A stretch of DNA of 64,000 bases from Octopus vulgaris (lineage: Eukaryota). A program made the position numbers and the translations under genes. Below the pieces are notes generated by a model that saw only the letters and a list, made by a program, of their open reading frames with translations, had not been told where the DNA came from and did no database searches. This document shows, one piece after another, positions 26,116 to 38,405 of the stretch; within the stretch, counting starts at the first letter, position 1; every line of letters starts with the position of its first letter. The stretch is from assembly GCA_951406725.2 (NCBI GenBank), contig OX597831.1, positions 59,582,001-59,646,000 on the forward strand. The letters run 5' to 3'.

Positions 26116-28267
26116 TACACAGTGTCAGTGGCCTAAATAGAGTGGTGCAGTCATTGGACAAAATATCCATTACCATTACTACAAATGTTATGCTTTCAAA
26201 CAACTTATTTCAATAGGTTTTAAAGGGTGTGAGTGAGAGAGGCTTCATAGTAAAAGTGAGCGAAATATCATGGCTTCTGGAAATGAGATACTGTAGACAG
26301 ATAAAGTTGATAACACTAAAGATGTGTATGAATGTATGTGTGTGTTTGTGAGTGAAAGTGTTGGAATGCATGTGTGTATGCAGTCATGTGTACATAATAG
26401 AGCAAATATTTGTTCTGACGATTTGTTTACATTGGAAACGGAAGAGTAACATTTGGATGGTATAAACCGCCTTGTTCATTAATCTACAAGTCTCATCGCT
26501 TTAGCATCGCCATTAATGTTGAGAACTAATCAGTATAACAATTAATTATATGGAAATACAATGTCTACAGTATTACTTTAATGAACTCGACCAACAGCGG
26601 ATAGTTATAATTCCGAACAATGCTTCTCTACAGCGACTAGGAAATTGTGTTAACTGTATACACAATGCTTCTTGAATCTATTATGTGTATAGAATTTATT
26701 TTCTTTTATTTAGAGTGAAAAAACTGATATTAAGAACTTCTTAGAGGAAGATCACCAATATCCTTTAAGTTGCTTAAATATTAGTCTATAGTCAATACTT
26801 TAGATAAACTGTCGATGTAGCTTAATTCTTTGAAATAAAATACGAGATAACGTCTCTGAACTATAAAATATGCTTATATTTTAAGTATTTCTATAAATAA
26901 TAGTTCAGATATTTCTTAATACAAGAAATGCAAAGATAATTATTATAAAATCTTCATCATCACGGTACGTTTCTCATCATCACAATCATCATCCTTTCTA
27001 TTGCCATTGTGTCATTATTCGTGTTATCATTTCTTCAATGTAGACCTGCCTATAAAAATGTTATTGATTGTTATTACTCGTAACCTTATACTTGCAAAAC
27101 AATCAAGGCCATTTTGAATTCATGCTTTGCATGCCTTGAAAGGTTTTTCTCATCATGCAACGCTATTTCACATTTCTTCATACAATGACAATGAAAGTTT
27201 CTATTTTTCTTAAATTATATAGATACTCTGTGCTGCAATCCATCTTGCAGCACACTGCTCCCCAAAATTAAATGTAAATATACCTATGATACTTGATGTA
27301 TTCCTCATCATTATAGAACATCATCCACATTTTCCTCCGATGTTGCTATAACTCTTCTGCTTACATAAATAACCCTAATCAAATCTGGGGGCGGAATTTG
27401 AAATCTTTGAAATTATTCTTAATTTTTAAGAGCACAAGCCGATTAGATTGATCTAATTACGTAAAATTCTTTCCAAACTAGGTAAGGAAATTGAATCCGG
27501 GCGCAAGTCTGGCTTGACAGTAGAATCGATAACAAATTTTCTAAGGAAACCATATAATTTGAAACCCGGTGTGTGGAACAAGATAATTTAAAGCCCAATG
27601 ACAAATATTAAGGAAAATAGAATGGTGTCCTTTCAAGCAATTTCTATGTGTTTGAGATATTCAAAATGTCTCTATGTAGTAATTTATATACTTTCCATAA
27701 ACCTACATCTTATAAAATTTCTGTGTGTTCGTGGAGGGACAGAAATTGTAACGGATGTTTTGGGAAATATAACACCTCAAATATTGAAATGATTCTGATC
27801 CGGTTTCAGGTTATATGTGTTGTTGATCATGTAATTTGAAATGAAAAATGCTGCAACAGGTTATTATCTAGAGACAGCTTAATGATCAAGCGCGAAATGT
27901 TTGCGTGTCAAGACAAAGGAAACAAATAAACAGACCAAATCTATCAAATTCATATATACAAAAACATACATAATAAAAAGATTTGAACCTCGAGTGTCGT
28001 TAATTTAATAAATTATCACAGTCAAAACAATATACTAGTTCAAATGTCACTATTATGATATGTTTGGGAATGTTGAGAACGGTAGATTTAATTTGTAAAC
28101 ATAAAGCGTGTATGCGGTTTCCTGATACACGCAAGCTCCGGATACGTTTAGATATGCGATATAAATATTGCACTACTATGTGTGAAAATTAACGAGAGGA
28201 AAGTAACATATAATATATATATATATATGTATATATTTATACATAAATACACACACACACACACACA

Positions 28268-28333
<66 letters not shown>

Positions 28334-28358
28334 TTATATATATATACATACATACATT

Positions 28359-28414
<56 letters not shown>

Positions 28415-28445
28415 ACGAAACGATCCATGCTTGTTGCTTTCCTAT

Positions 28446-28502
<57 letters not shown>

Positions 28503-28512
28503 CATACATACA

Positions 28513-28574
<62 letters not shown>

Positions 28575-31002
28575 CATATCATATATATATATATATATAT
28601 ATATATCATGTATAGATATTCACGTACATCCGTTCCTACCGTCTCACAAAAGTACACACACAAATGCAGTTACACGTACGTACTTAAAGACATAAAGAAG
28701 TATTTTCACCTCCTACTGAAAAGTACAACGAGAAGGTCTGTACATCATTTTCGTGGCACACAATGATGCGGGGCTAAGTCCTATGTGACATTTTATGAAG
28801 CTGTTGGTGGCATGCAGATGTGTCAACGAAGGTGAATATACTAAAACCAGTACATATGTTTGATATTATTTTGTTCCTCCATCGCTCTTATTACTTTCGG
28901 TAGAGGGTGACAAGACTTTCGGACCACGCAATATATTCACATGGTAACTTCCGAATGCATAAAACATATAATGTTTTAACTCTTCGCACACATACCTCAT
29001 TGATATGCATATGTAATAGTTTATCAACTTTTCGTAGAATTAGCGTTTCCTCCAGTACAATGCTGCTCAATAAAATAGTTTATTGAATCTTTGATAGTGT
29101 ACTTATGTCATAAAACATTGCGTATATATTATCAAATATTAATTCACTGTGAGCAGCATATAACTGGTATAATATTATGATTTTATTAATGGTCGAGCTG
29201 GCAAAAACTTTAGTACACCGGATGATACTAGAATATGAGGCCAATTCACATTTTATCTGACATAACGCATTAAAGAAAATCTACTTGCGAGGGGTAAACA
29301 ACTAAATGCATGATGGGAGAAGCTAGACAATATGTGCTGTTTTGATAGCTAAATTCTGTTGTTACATTTCTTTTCAGTTGATTGAATGTGCAGAGTAGAC
29401 GATACGTCGTTCATTAGTCTGCATTCCATTTGTAACGATGTATTTTTTCTACATTTAGAAAGTTATTATCACACGTGTTCGTGTTAGTATTTTATGATTG
29501 GTATTTGAATGATTATTCCTGGTTTGCAGAGCGATTACCCGTATAATTTCTTTTTTCAATGGTACGATATGAATTATGGCAATACATTACGTTACAATTT
29601 ACTTGTTACCTAATCTGGAGATAATCATAAAAACATACAGATTTTGAAATATAATTCAAGTATACCAATTATGTATTTTGATAGTCTATTTATTGGGATT
29701 AATTTCTACACTGTATTTTCTAAGTTTATGAAAATGGTATGATGCAGAATGACAGAGAATAGTTTAATATATTCGGTAATTTATTTGATCATATCGTTGC
29801 GCTCTCTTAGGGATTTTGATTTTAAAATTCATTTCATGATAGATTAATTGATTTAGACATTAGCATAGCTATACTACACCAATAAGTTCCATCAGAGAAT
29901 AAGCTTCGTCAATGATAATACTACAGTGCATGATTGATTTTTCTGCAGCTGCTACATCAACTAAAAAAGTAAATAATAAAAATGATAGCATAAGTATGTA
30001 TTGTAAGTGAAATCAATATATTTATTTGATTAGAAAATAAGTAAGAAATTTTTGAAATTAATATTTTACGGGTAGTAATACGTTTTAGTTTTTAAAATCA
30101 TTCCAAAGAAATATTAAAAGCTATATTTCTCTGCATTACCATAAATATAAGTTTTGCTCAATAAATTTTTCTACTTTGTAAAATGTCTCTAATGTATAGC
30201 AGTAGAATTAATGAAATAAATAGGCATTGAAAAATCACTAAGTAACCAATACCAATGCTGATGATTAATAATGAACCTCTTAATATATAAAAAAAGTATT
30301 GAACGTATATATTACAAATGAAAATTCGGATAAGATCAGTTATTAAAAATAAAGTATGTAAAGTGAAGAGAATATGCTACATGAGTTATTCATTTAAACA
30401 TTTTTCTGTCGATTGATTTAAGATCTGAAATTCATAGAAAATTCATTGTTTTCCTTAGTAATTTAAAAAAAATATTTATTTATCATTTTGAATCTTACAT
30501 CTTTACGTTTGACGTACATATAAAGAATATGTTATTAGCGATGATTTTGTAGAAATAACGGGAACAGGAATGTAACTATGTGAACATGTACTAGACTGCA
30601 AATGTGTATGTTCCCATACTTAAAACACTATAGAAAAAATATATAGTTTTAAGGAAAACTTATGAGGATAACTTTGGAAGATATTTTTAATAGCTTACTC
30701 TCGCCCAAACGTATCATACAGTATCATACTGTTTCCATCTGTGAATTTTGAAACTTTGATGTTGATGTCAGTCAGGGTTAAGATATTTGAAAGCTTCTGC
30801 AGTCATCAACAGGCTCAGTTACACTGTGTCTCCGGTACGTTCAGGCGGATTGATCTTCTGTGTTTTGTATAGTCAATAAAGCTTTCTGATAATGAAGTGT
30901 ATGTAGAAATATGCAATGCGTTCAAACGTATTAAACAAAACAAACCCATTACTTATTCAATTGGTTTTCTTTATATTGCTGTGATTTCATTTCTGCGGAG
31001 TG

Positions 31003-31200
31003 TCATAGGGACGTGTTTCGGGATTTCGGGCTATGATCACCAGTTTCGATACTCAAATAGAGCAATACTCATTGTCCTTGAGCAAGTCACTTTTTTTCAC
31101 ATTGCTTTTCCTTGTTACGTGAATACGAAAAGGAACGTTAATTGCTAAGTTAAATGAAAGTCATTCTTCGGATGAATGTTTCTGTAGAGGGGAATATTTC
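31003..31200 (+). mobile_element. Possible ancient CORE-type SINE remnant
   Basis: B-box-like GTTTCGATACT followed by the CORE-like TGTCCTTGAGCAAGTCACTT. Confidence 0.4.
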
Positions 31201-31729
31201 TAATTCAGCATTCTCTCTCGATTACCGAATTCATATTTTTTTCTCTTCACAGCTCGCTGCTGACGCTGGAGGATTTTATGCCATATTAGCATGCAGCTTT
31301 GAAACCTTACAGACGGAAATATCTTGATAGTGTTATATATGTTTGGGCACAATTAAGCTATTAAAAATACATTGTATAAAGTGATGTATCTTACGTTAAA
31401 ATAATTTCTGTTTAAAGAATATGATTAAGCGGAAGGAACATATACATAGATATTACATATGGTTTAAGTTCTTATGAGATCTGAGGTCGTTTATGATCCA
31501 AATGATAAATTACACATAAAACATTTGCTACCAACACACATGGTTCTCTTTTTGTTAGAATATCTCCCACAACTTCCTTCAATTTAACGAAATATTTTCT
31601 TGCTGTGTCAAGATATATAAGTTTATTTCGTTAATTTGTTGTTCATGTTTGAGGGAGGCCATTTTTCTTTTATTCTGAGAATAAAAGAAACAACCGATAC
31701 AATTTAGATAAACCAGAACAAGTATAAAA

Positions 31730-31851
31730 GTACGTTATTTATATTATTTATATTTAACAGATATTTGTCCCCGTTTTGTTTGTTGTTAACAACGTTTCGG
31801 CTGATATACCCTCCAGCCTTCATCGGGTGTCCTGGGGAAATTTCGAACCTG
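31730..31851 (-). mobile_element. Left arm of the tRNA-headed fold-back element; includes a hammerhead motif (about 31787-31832, core CCGATGA)
   Basis: Minus strand GACAC-CCGATGA-A GGCTG gagggtatat CAGCC-GAAA-CGTT-GTT...GGACAAATATCTGTTAAAT; inverted homologue of 37760-37880. Confidence 0.8.
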
Positions 31852-31894
31852 TTGTTGTTGTTGTTGTTGTTGCTATTATTATTATTATTATTAT

Positions 31895-31957
31895 TGATTG
31901 ATTGATTGATTCTAGTTTCAGCTTATGAGCTGTGGCCATGCTGGGGCACCGCCATTT
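31895..31957 (-). mobile_element. Short 3'-end fragment of a LINE or SINE with an (AATC)n tail
   Basis: Minus strand GGCGGTGCCCCAGCATGGCCACAGCTC..AGCTGAAACTAGAATC(AATC)n resembles the 3' end of SINE family A; a similar fragment lies at about 61885-61945. Confidence 0.6.
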
Positions 31958-32157
31958 TAATTATTATTATTATTATTATTACTTTTTTTTCTTCTTTCAA
32001 ATTTGCTTCCATTTCTTGCCGAGTGTCTTCCCGACTCCTAGGGCAAAGAAACTCATAGTATACATTGGTAGGCCATTAAACCAAACTCAATAGTTCGTTC
32101 ATTTTTTAAATTTTTTTTTTTTTAAGTTAAATTAAAATACATGAGCAGCAACAGTTC

Positions 32158-35100
32158 TCACATCGACAATGCTCTTCTCAATACGTGTGATGTACCAGTT
32201 AAGACAATCTTTTGTACTTCTTGCAGGAATGGTAAGCCAGGGATCATTCTCATATAATTTTCGGTTCCCTTCTTGATCATTCCTAGTGCTCCTACGATCA
32301 CTGGTATTGTAACCGCCTTGAGATGCCACATTTTCTCAATTTCAATGAGTAGGTCTTTATATTTTCTGAGCTTGTCAAACTCTTTCGCTGAGATATTATG
32401 ATCACAGGGGATGCTCATGTCGATCAATAAGCAAACTTTATTGTTTTGGTCTTTCACAACAATATCTGGTTTATTGGCCGTGATGGTTCGGTCTGTATGT
32501 ACTGGAAAGTCCCACAGAATGGTTACATTTTCTCCTTCAGTTACAGCCTCAGGGTGGTGATTATACCACTTGTCGGCAGTTTTGATATTGTAATGCCGAC
32601 GTATTAGCCAGTGGAGATATTGGCCAACTCTGTCATGTTTTAATTTATACTCCACTGGTGCTAAGACTTTACATCCAGAGATTAGGTGGTCCACTGTTTC
32701 AATCATGTCGTTGCAGAATCGGCATTTTGGGTCTGCTCCATTTTTCATCACATTGGCCTGGTAGTTCCGGGTTAATAGGCTTTGATTTTGAGCAGCCAGG
32801 ATGAAACCTTCGCTCTCCGTTTTTAGCCCTGAGCTCCGTAGCCACTGATGGGTTTGCTTCTGGTCAACATCAGCTTGTTTGCTGCGGGTCACATATTTGC
32901 CGTGCAGAGGTTTCTCCTCCCACCTATCAGGCAATTGCTCGTGCGCTTTTTTCATTGCCATCATTTTCACCTTCTTTGCAACAGTAGTTGCCGTACTTCC
33001 CTCGGGTTGTTCAGTTTGGGTATCCTGCACGAGATCAATAGCAAATTTTTTGCTTTCCTTTATGATAGAATGAACTTCTTTCGTCTCTCGTGATTTTCCA
33101 CGAGCTTTAGCATCCAGTCATTCGATATTTCGAGATATTTGGCCAGTCCAATTGTGGTTGTTTTGTAAGCTAGTTCAAATTGGATCAGGCCTCGACCTCC
33201 TCGGGCTCTGGGAAGGTAAAGGCGATCTACGTCTGCCTTTTGGTGGTGCATCCTATTACAACTCAGCAGCTTGCATATTTTCCTATCTATATTCTTTACT
33301 TCACTCATATTCCAGTTCAACACATTGTAGCTATAAGTAACAACTGGAACTGCTAAGGAATTTATAGCTAACACCTTGTTACGTGCATTTAGTTCAGATT
33401 TCATGAGTGCATGAGCTCTCCTATAACATTCCTTCCTGATCTTCTCTTTCATGCTTGCATGCTGAATACCAGAGCCTTCATTTATCCCTAAATATTTGTA
33501 TGTTTGTTCTTGCTCATGCTCTCTTATGACTGTGTCAACATCTAACACGACTGAATTTGTGGTCTTCACTTTCCCTTTCTGGAAAATGTCCTTGGCACAC
33601 TTCTCAAGTCCAAACTCCATCCCGATGTCATCGCTGAATGCTTTCACGGTGCGCAATAGGCCTTCAAGTTCATTATTGTCTTTACCATAAAGTTTTAAGT
33701 CATCCATATAAAATAGATGGCTTATTTTTTTATTGGCAATTTTATACCCATACCCATATTAAAGGTGAAAGTGAGTCACCTTGAAAAATTCCACAGTTGA
33801 TGTTTATATTTTCTGAGGCAAGTACTCCATTAGAGTGGTATAATTAGAGATTCGTATTCCAGAACGACATGTTGTGCTTCAGGAAGTTTGAAATCACAGG
33901 GGAAATTTTGAAGATGTCCAGCGATCTCAAGATACATGGATGCGGTATACTGTCGAAGGCCTTTTTATAGTCAATCCATGCGGTGCTGAGATTTCTGCGC
34001 TTGTTGTGACAGTTCTCAAGGATCATACGATTGATTGCAGTTGATCTTTGCATCCGTAAGAGCCTTGGTGGCACCCTTTTTGTTCAATGGGGAAAATATC
34101 GTTCTTCTCCATGAATGCATATGTTTTCTCCGCCTGGATAGATGTTAGGATTTTATACGTGGTGGATAGACAGGTTATAGGCCGATAGTTTTTTTGGAAG
34201 GTTGGTTTCGTTATTCTTTGGGAGTAGGTAAGTAATGCCACTTGCTAACCATTCAGGTGTTTTCTTTGGGTCTCTCATAATTCCATTGAGCAGCTGAACT
34301 AGCTTACCGTGTGCGCATGGGAGCGATGCGAGCCAGAAATTCGTCACCCTATCTTTACCGGGGGATTTCCAATTATGGGCCTTCGTGAGTGCCTTTCTTG
34401 GGTCTGCTATTGTGATGTCTTCCCATGCTTGTTGTTGTAAATTTTGGTAGGATCCTTCAGTTTGTATAATCCAGTCTGCATTTATGTTGTACGTCTTCTT
34501 GTCACTCCAAATCCTTTTCCAAAAGTTTTGAACTTCTTCCATGGGAGGGGGGTCTTTAACGGTTACTTTCTCCTTCCCTATTTCTCTGTAGATTTTTTTG
34601 GCATTGGATGTGAACAGCTTATTTTGCTTGTAAAACTTGTTTCTCTTCTCAAATCTTCGTATTCTTTGGGCTTTTGCTTGGACTTTTTGTTTCAGCGTTT
34701 CTTTTATTGATATCAGTTCTTCTCTTGGTAAGGATCCAAATTTTCTCTTCATCTTTCTTCCTGTTCTGGATCTTACATCATTTCCACATATTAGTTCATT
34801 TAATATTGATATTTCCCCTCTCATAAATTCAATCTCTTTTTCAATTTTACTTCTCCAGGTTTGATTTCTTCCCAGGTTTTGTTTTCTTTGTTTTTTCGGG
34901 GACATACAGCTGGTTTCAATTGCCCTAGCAGAAGCGTAAATAATTTCATTTAACTCAGTAAAATCAGGTTTTAATTCTCGTATTATTTCATTTGTTACAT
35001 AGTTGCCAATTTGGATTTGTTCTTTATTTTGGTTTGTATTTGAGAGTTTATGAAGTGGTTCTCTATCATTCATACTTTTATGTCTTACAACTTCAAGCGT

Positions 35101-35802
35101 ATTCAGGATTTTCTGCCTCATTTCTGCCATAGACCCTCTGTGTTCTTCAGCAAATGCGAGATCTTCAGTTACTGTTGTTTTATCGTTTTCCTGGCTATCT
35201 TTAACAGGTACAATAGAATTTCTAGTATATTCAGGCCTTTGCGTACTTTGGTCAGATGGCAGCCTTTCAATTAAGCCTCGTGGCGGGCTATACTTTTCAT
35301 CTGATTCTTCATTTCCTTTGTGTCTTATATTTATGTCATTTTCCGTTGCGTGCTTGATTGCGCTTATTTCACTGTCTGTGAGTCTGTTATTTCAAAGGAT
35401 ATCCCTCCTCACATTTGCTAATTTGTTCTCGTCCAAATAGGGCCTACTGTCTTGATTCCGTGTTCTCCATATACTGTATGAGTTTGCGGTGTGTCTCTCT
35501 TGAGATGGCCTACCTAATGCATAGTAATAAGCGTATATTACTTCTTTATACTCTTTTCGGGTCCATTTGTTCCGCTTACATTTTTCTTTCTGTGGTGGTT
35601 GTGGTGGTGAACTTGGAGGGCTCGAGTTGGGGGATTTCCCGTTCAAGTGACCATCCATGTCCGTATTCGGAGAAGAGTTTGTGCCAGTTGATGACTTTTC
35701 GATCCCAGGCTGGCTCTTCCCTGGGTGACGCGCTTCCAGATTAACCATAGGACAAGCGATTTGGTATACTGATTTAGTTTTCCTTTTAGTTTCCAAAAAC
35801 AT
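32158..35802 (-). pseudogene. Frameshifted R4/Dong polyprotein: N-terminal domain, reverse transcriptase, CCHC knuckle, PD-(D/E)xK endonuclease
   Basis: RNKWTRKEYKEVIYAYY; NWKSPGKD; NYRPITCL; EQKGC..GSYGCKDQL; WIDYKKAFDSIPH; GIFQGDSLSP; YMDDLKLY; YKYLG; RLYLPR..GGRGL; CRFC...ETVDHLISGC; KHD; KPDIVV...IDMSIP; KKYKDL-type motif. Split across at least 6 ORFs. Confidence 0.95.
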
Positions 35803-36390
35803 TTTGGTGCTACGATAATGTTATCATTTTTTAGCTTTGATTGGCTCGTGGGGAGACGGCCATCATTGCCGTTACAATTATAATCGTACCATTATAGCAG
35901 CCGTAGTCGGCTTATTATTGTTATTATCATCACCATTATTATCACTATCATCATTATCACCACCATTACCATCATCATTATCATCATCACCATCACCACC
36001 ATCATCATCAATGATATTGTTTTATGTGTAGTCACAGCCGTATCTTATTATTGTTATTTTTGTTTTTTATCATTATCACCATCACAGTAGTGTCTGTCTG
36101 TCTCGTTGGCTGGCTTGGTGGTTGGCTGGCTGACTGTCTTCAACGCCAGAGTTCTTGCCTGTCAAATAATACTTTCATATTTGGTTAACAATAGAGCCGA
36201 GGGGAGGTTTGTGTTGGTTGAACTCTTTGAGTGTGTGTGTGTGTGTAGATAGATAGATAGATTATCAGCACTATTACTATCATTATTATCATCATCACCA
36301 TCAGTGATATTTTTTTTTTTTTAGATGGGGGTCCTACCGGTCAAAATAAGTTCAGATGTTTACTACTATTAGGCTTAAGAAAAATTAAGG

Positions 36391-37298
36391 AAGGGCTGTT
36401 CTGTATTGTTTGTGAATAGAGAAGTTGTGTTCGACCAGAGAGAATCTTAGCATCATCATTTTTTTTTGTTTTTTTCCATGTGCGTTTGTGTTATTGCAAT
36501 AAAAAGTGTTTGGATATTTCCTGTAAGGTAATATTGTGGAGGTTGAAGTTGACTTTTCTGGAGATGTTTGTATGTCCAGTTAGAAGAACAGGTGTGTTTT
36601 TACAATAAAAAGTATATGTTTACATTTATATTTGAATATTCATGGAGGAAGCAAAGAAAAGCCAGATTCTCATAGAAAGTTTTAGGGTTTTGTAAGTCCA
36701 CAAAAAGAAAAGCGTGATGTTTTTAGAGAGAGAAAAAAAAGGATGTTTACAGAGGCAATTGTGGGTATCAAAGTTTTTAAAGCTGGTCAAATGTATGATT
36801 GAAAGCTGTAGATATGTAAATTTGTAAATTTTCTTAACTTATTTTGAAGGGCTGTTCTGTATTATTTGTGAATAGAGAATCTGTGTTCGACCAGAGAGAA
36901 TCTTAGCATCATTATTTTTTTTTCCATGTGCGTTTGTGTTATTGCAATAAAAAGTGTTTGTATATTTCGTGCGAGGTAATATTGTGGAAGTTGAAGTTGA
37001 CCCCTCTAGAGATGTTTGTATGTCCAGTTAGAAGAACAGGTGTGTTTTTGCAATAAAAAGTATATGTTTACATTTATATTTGAATATTCTGGGAGGAAGC
37101 AAAGAAAAGTCAGATTTTCATAGAAAGTTTTAGGGTTTTGCAAGTCCACAAAAAGAAAAGCGTGATGTTTTTAGAGAGAGGAAAAAAAAAGGGTGCTTAC
37201 AGAGGCAGTTGTGGGTATTAAAGTTTTTAAAGCCGATCGGATGTATGTTTAAAAGCTGCAGATATGTAAATTTGTATATTTCTTAACCCACTTTGAAG
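36391..37298. repeat. Two tandem ~456-bp copies within the R4/Dong 5' UTR
   Basis: AAGGGCTGTTCTGTATT.TTTGTGAATAGAGAA.. starts at 36391 and 36847; the copies are colinear with scattered substitutions. Confidence 0.92.
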
Positions 37299-37366
37299 AG
37301 AATTTCAAATACTCACGAGGTATTGTAGATGTTCCAGTCTTTGAGAGTTATTTTTCCCCGTTGCTA

Positions 37367-37460
37367 AACTGGCCCATATTAGTGTTTCTATGGCTTTCGG
37401 CCACCGAACTGTCAGAGCAGTGAGGAACACGTCCAGCCGCTGTCAAGGCTGGCGCTCTTC
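37367..37460 (-). ncRNA. Candidate HDV-like self-cleaving ribozyme at the 5' end of the R4/Dong element
   Basis: Minus-strand order: P1 AGAGCG, P2 GGCTGGAC, P3 GTG-TTCCT-CAC, P1' TGCTCT, GAC, P4 GTGGC-cgaaa-GCCAT, J4/2 ACTAA, P2' GGCCAGTT. L3 is short, position 1 is A rather than G, and P2 is imperfect. Confidence 0.4.
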
Positions 37461-37462
37461 GT

Positions 37463-37463
37463 A

Positions 37464-37557
<94 letters not shown>

Positions 37558-37694
37558 TCACTGTTTGGAATATCGAACTCGGAATCTTGGGGTTAGTAGC
37601 CAGAGCACTTAACCCCAAAATTCCTAGTTCAATTACAGGCGGTTACCTGAATAATAATAATAATAATAATTATAATAATAATAATAATAATAAT

Positions 37695-37736
<42 letters not shown>
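37463..37736. repeat. (TTA)n, then an inverted tRNA-like core (37552-37651), then (AAT)n: the centre of the fold-back element
   Basis: TTCAGGTCACTG...GAACTCGGAATCTTGGGGTTA pairs with TAACCCCAAAATTCCTAGTTC...CGGTTACCTGAA; minus strand reads GGTTAAG.....GG-CTACTAA-CC...GAGTTCGA (tRNA D-loop, anticodon-loop and B-box-like). Confidence 0.8.
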
Positions 37737-37738
<2 letters not shown>

Positions 37739-37915
37739 TCGAAAATACCTTAGGAAAGAGAACCTAGGCTCAGAATTTCACGAATACACCTGATGAATGC
37801 TAGAGGGCATCAGCCGAAACGTTGTGTTAACAGCAAAGAAGATGAGGACAAATATCCGTCAAATTTAAATAATGTAAAAATTGAACATAATTACTCATCT
37901 CTTAAATATAGAACA
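37737..37915 (+). mobile_element. Right arm of the tRNA-headed fold-back element
   Basis: Inverted homologue of 31730-31851. Confidence 0.8.
37786..37827 (+). ncRNA. Minimal type I hammerhead ribozyme motif (Penelope-type)
   Basis: ACAC-CTGATGA-AT GCT agagggcatc AGC C-GAAA-CG-TT-GTGT: intact core, stem I ACAC/GTGT, palindromic ACGT helix III, predicted GUU cleavage after 37823; helix II weakened. Confidence 0.7.
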
Positions 37916-38172
37916 GTAAGTATACAATTGCTCATTTCCTTCTAATATAAACAATGTGTGGAAATAATGTATTAAATAATTGTCATTTTTTATGTATTCG
38001 GAAATATAATCGATTTAAAATAAGAAATAAAAAAAAGGCAAAATTGAATATATATATATTTATGTATATTAATAAATTTCAGGGTAGTAAACTATTATTT
38101 AGCAACTTTTTTACCACTGTGGCCTAGCGTCTAGAAAAAACTAATCAATAGACTATATATTTTTCATTATAT

Positions 38173-38318
38173 ATACAGTGTACATTTAAACAAATATGAG
38201 ATGGCCATAAACCGCTAGAAGGAGTAGTTAAAATCCAAAATTGGATTTTAACTACTTCTTCTAGTGGTTTTTATGTCCGATCGTGTCCATCTTTTATGTG
38301 TTTAAATTTGCACTGTAT
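38173..38318. repeat. ~145-bp palindromic (fold-back/MITE-like) element
   Basis: Inner arms 38209-38238 / 38241-38270 (30 bp, 2 differences); outer arms ATACAGTGTACATTTAAACAAATATGAGATGG / CCATCTTTTATGTGTTTAAATTTGCACTGTAT. Confidence 0.9.
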
Positions 38319-38340
38319 CTATATATATATGTGTGTGTGT

Positions 38341-38405
<65 letters not shown>

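Larger units (their letters stand above)
31982..37462 (-). mobile_element. Near full-length R4/Dong-clade non-LTR retrotransposon (RT plus restriction-like endonuclease), flanked by (TTA)n
   Basis: Single-ORF architecture (see the pseudogene entry), about 1.6-kb 5' UTR, short 3' UTR ending in an A-rich tract running into (TAA)n; (TAA)n on both sides. Confidence 0.93.
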
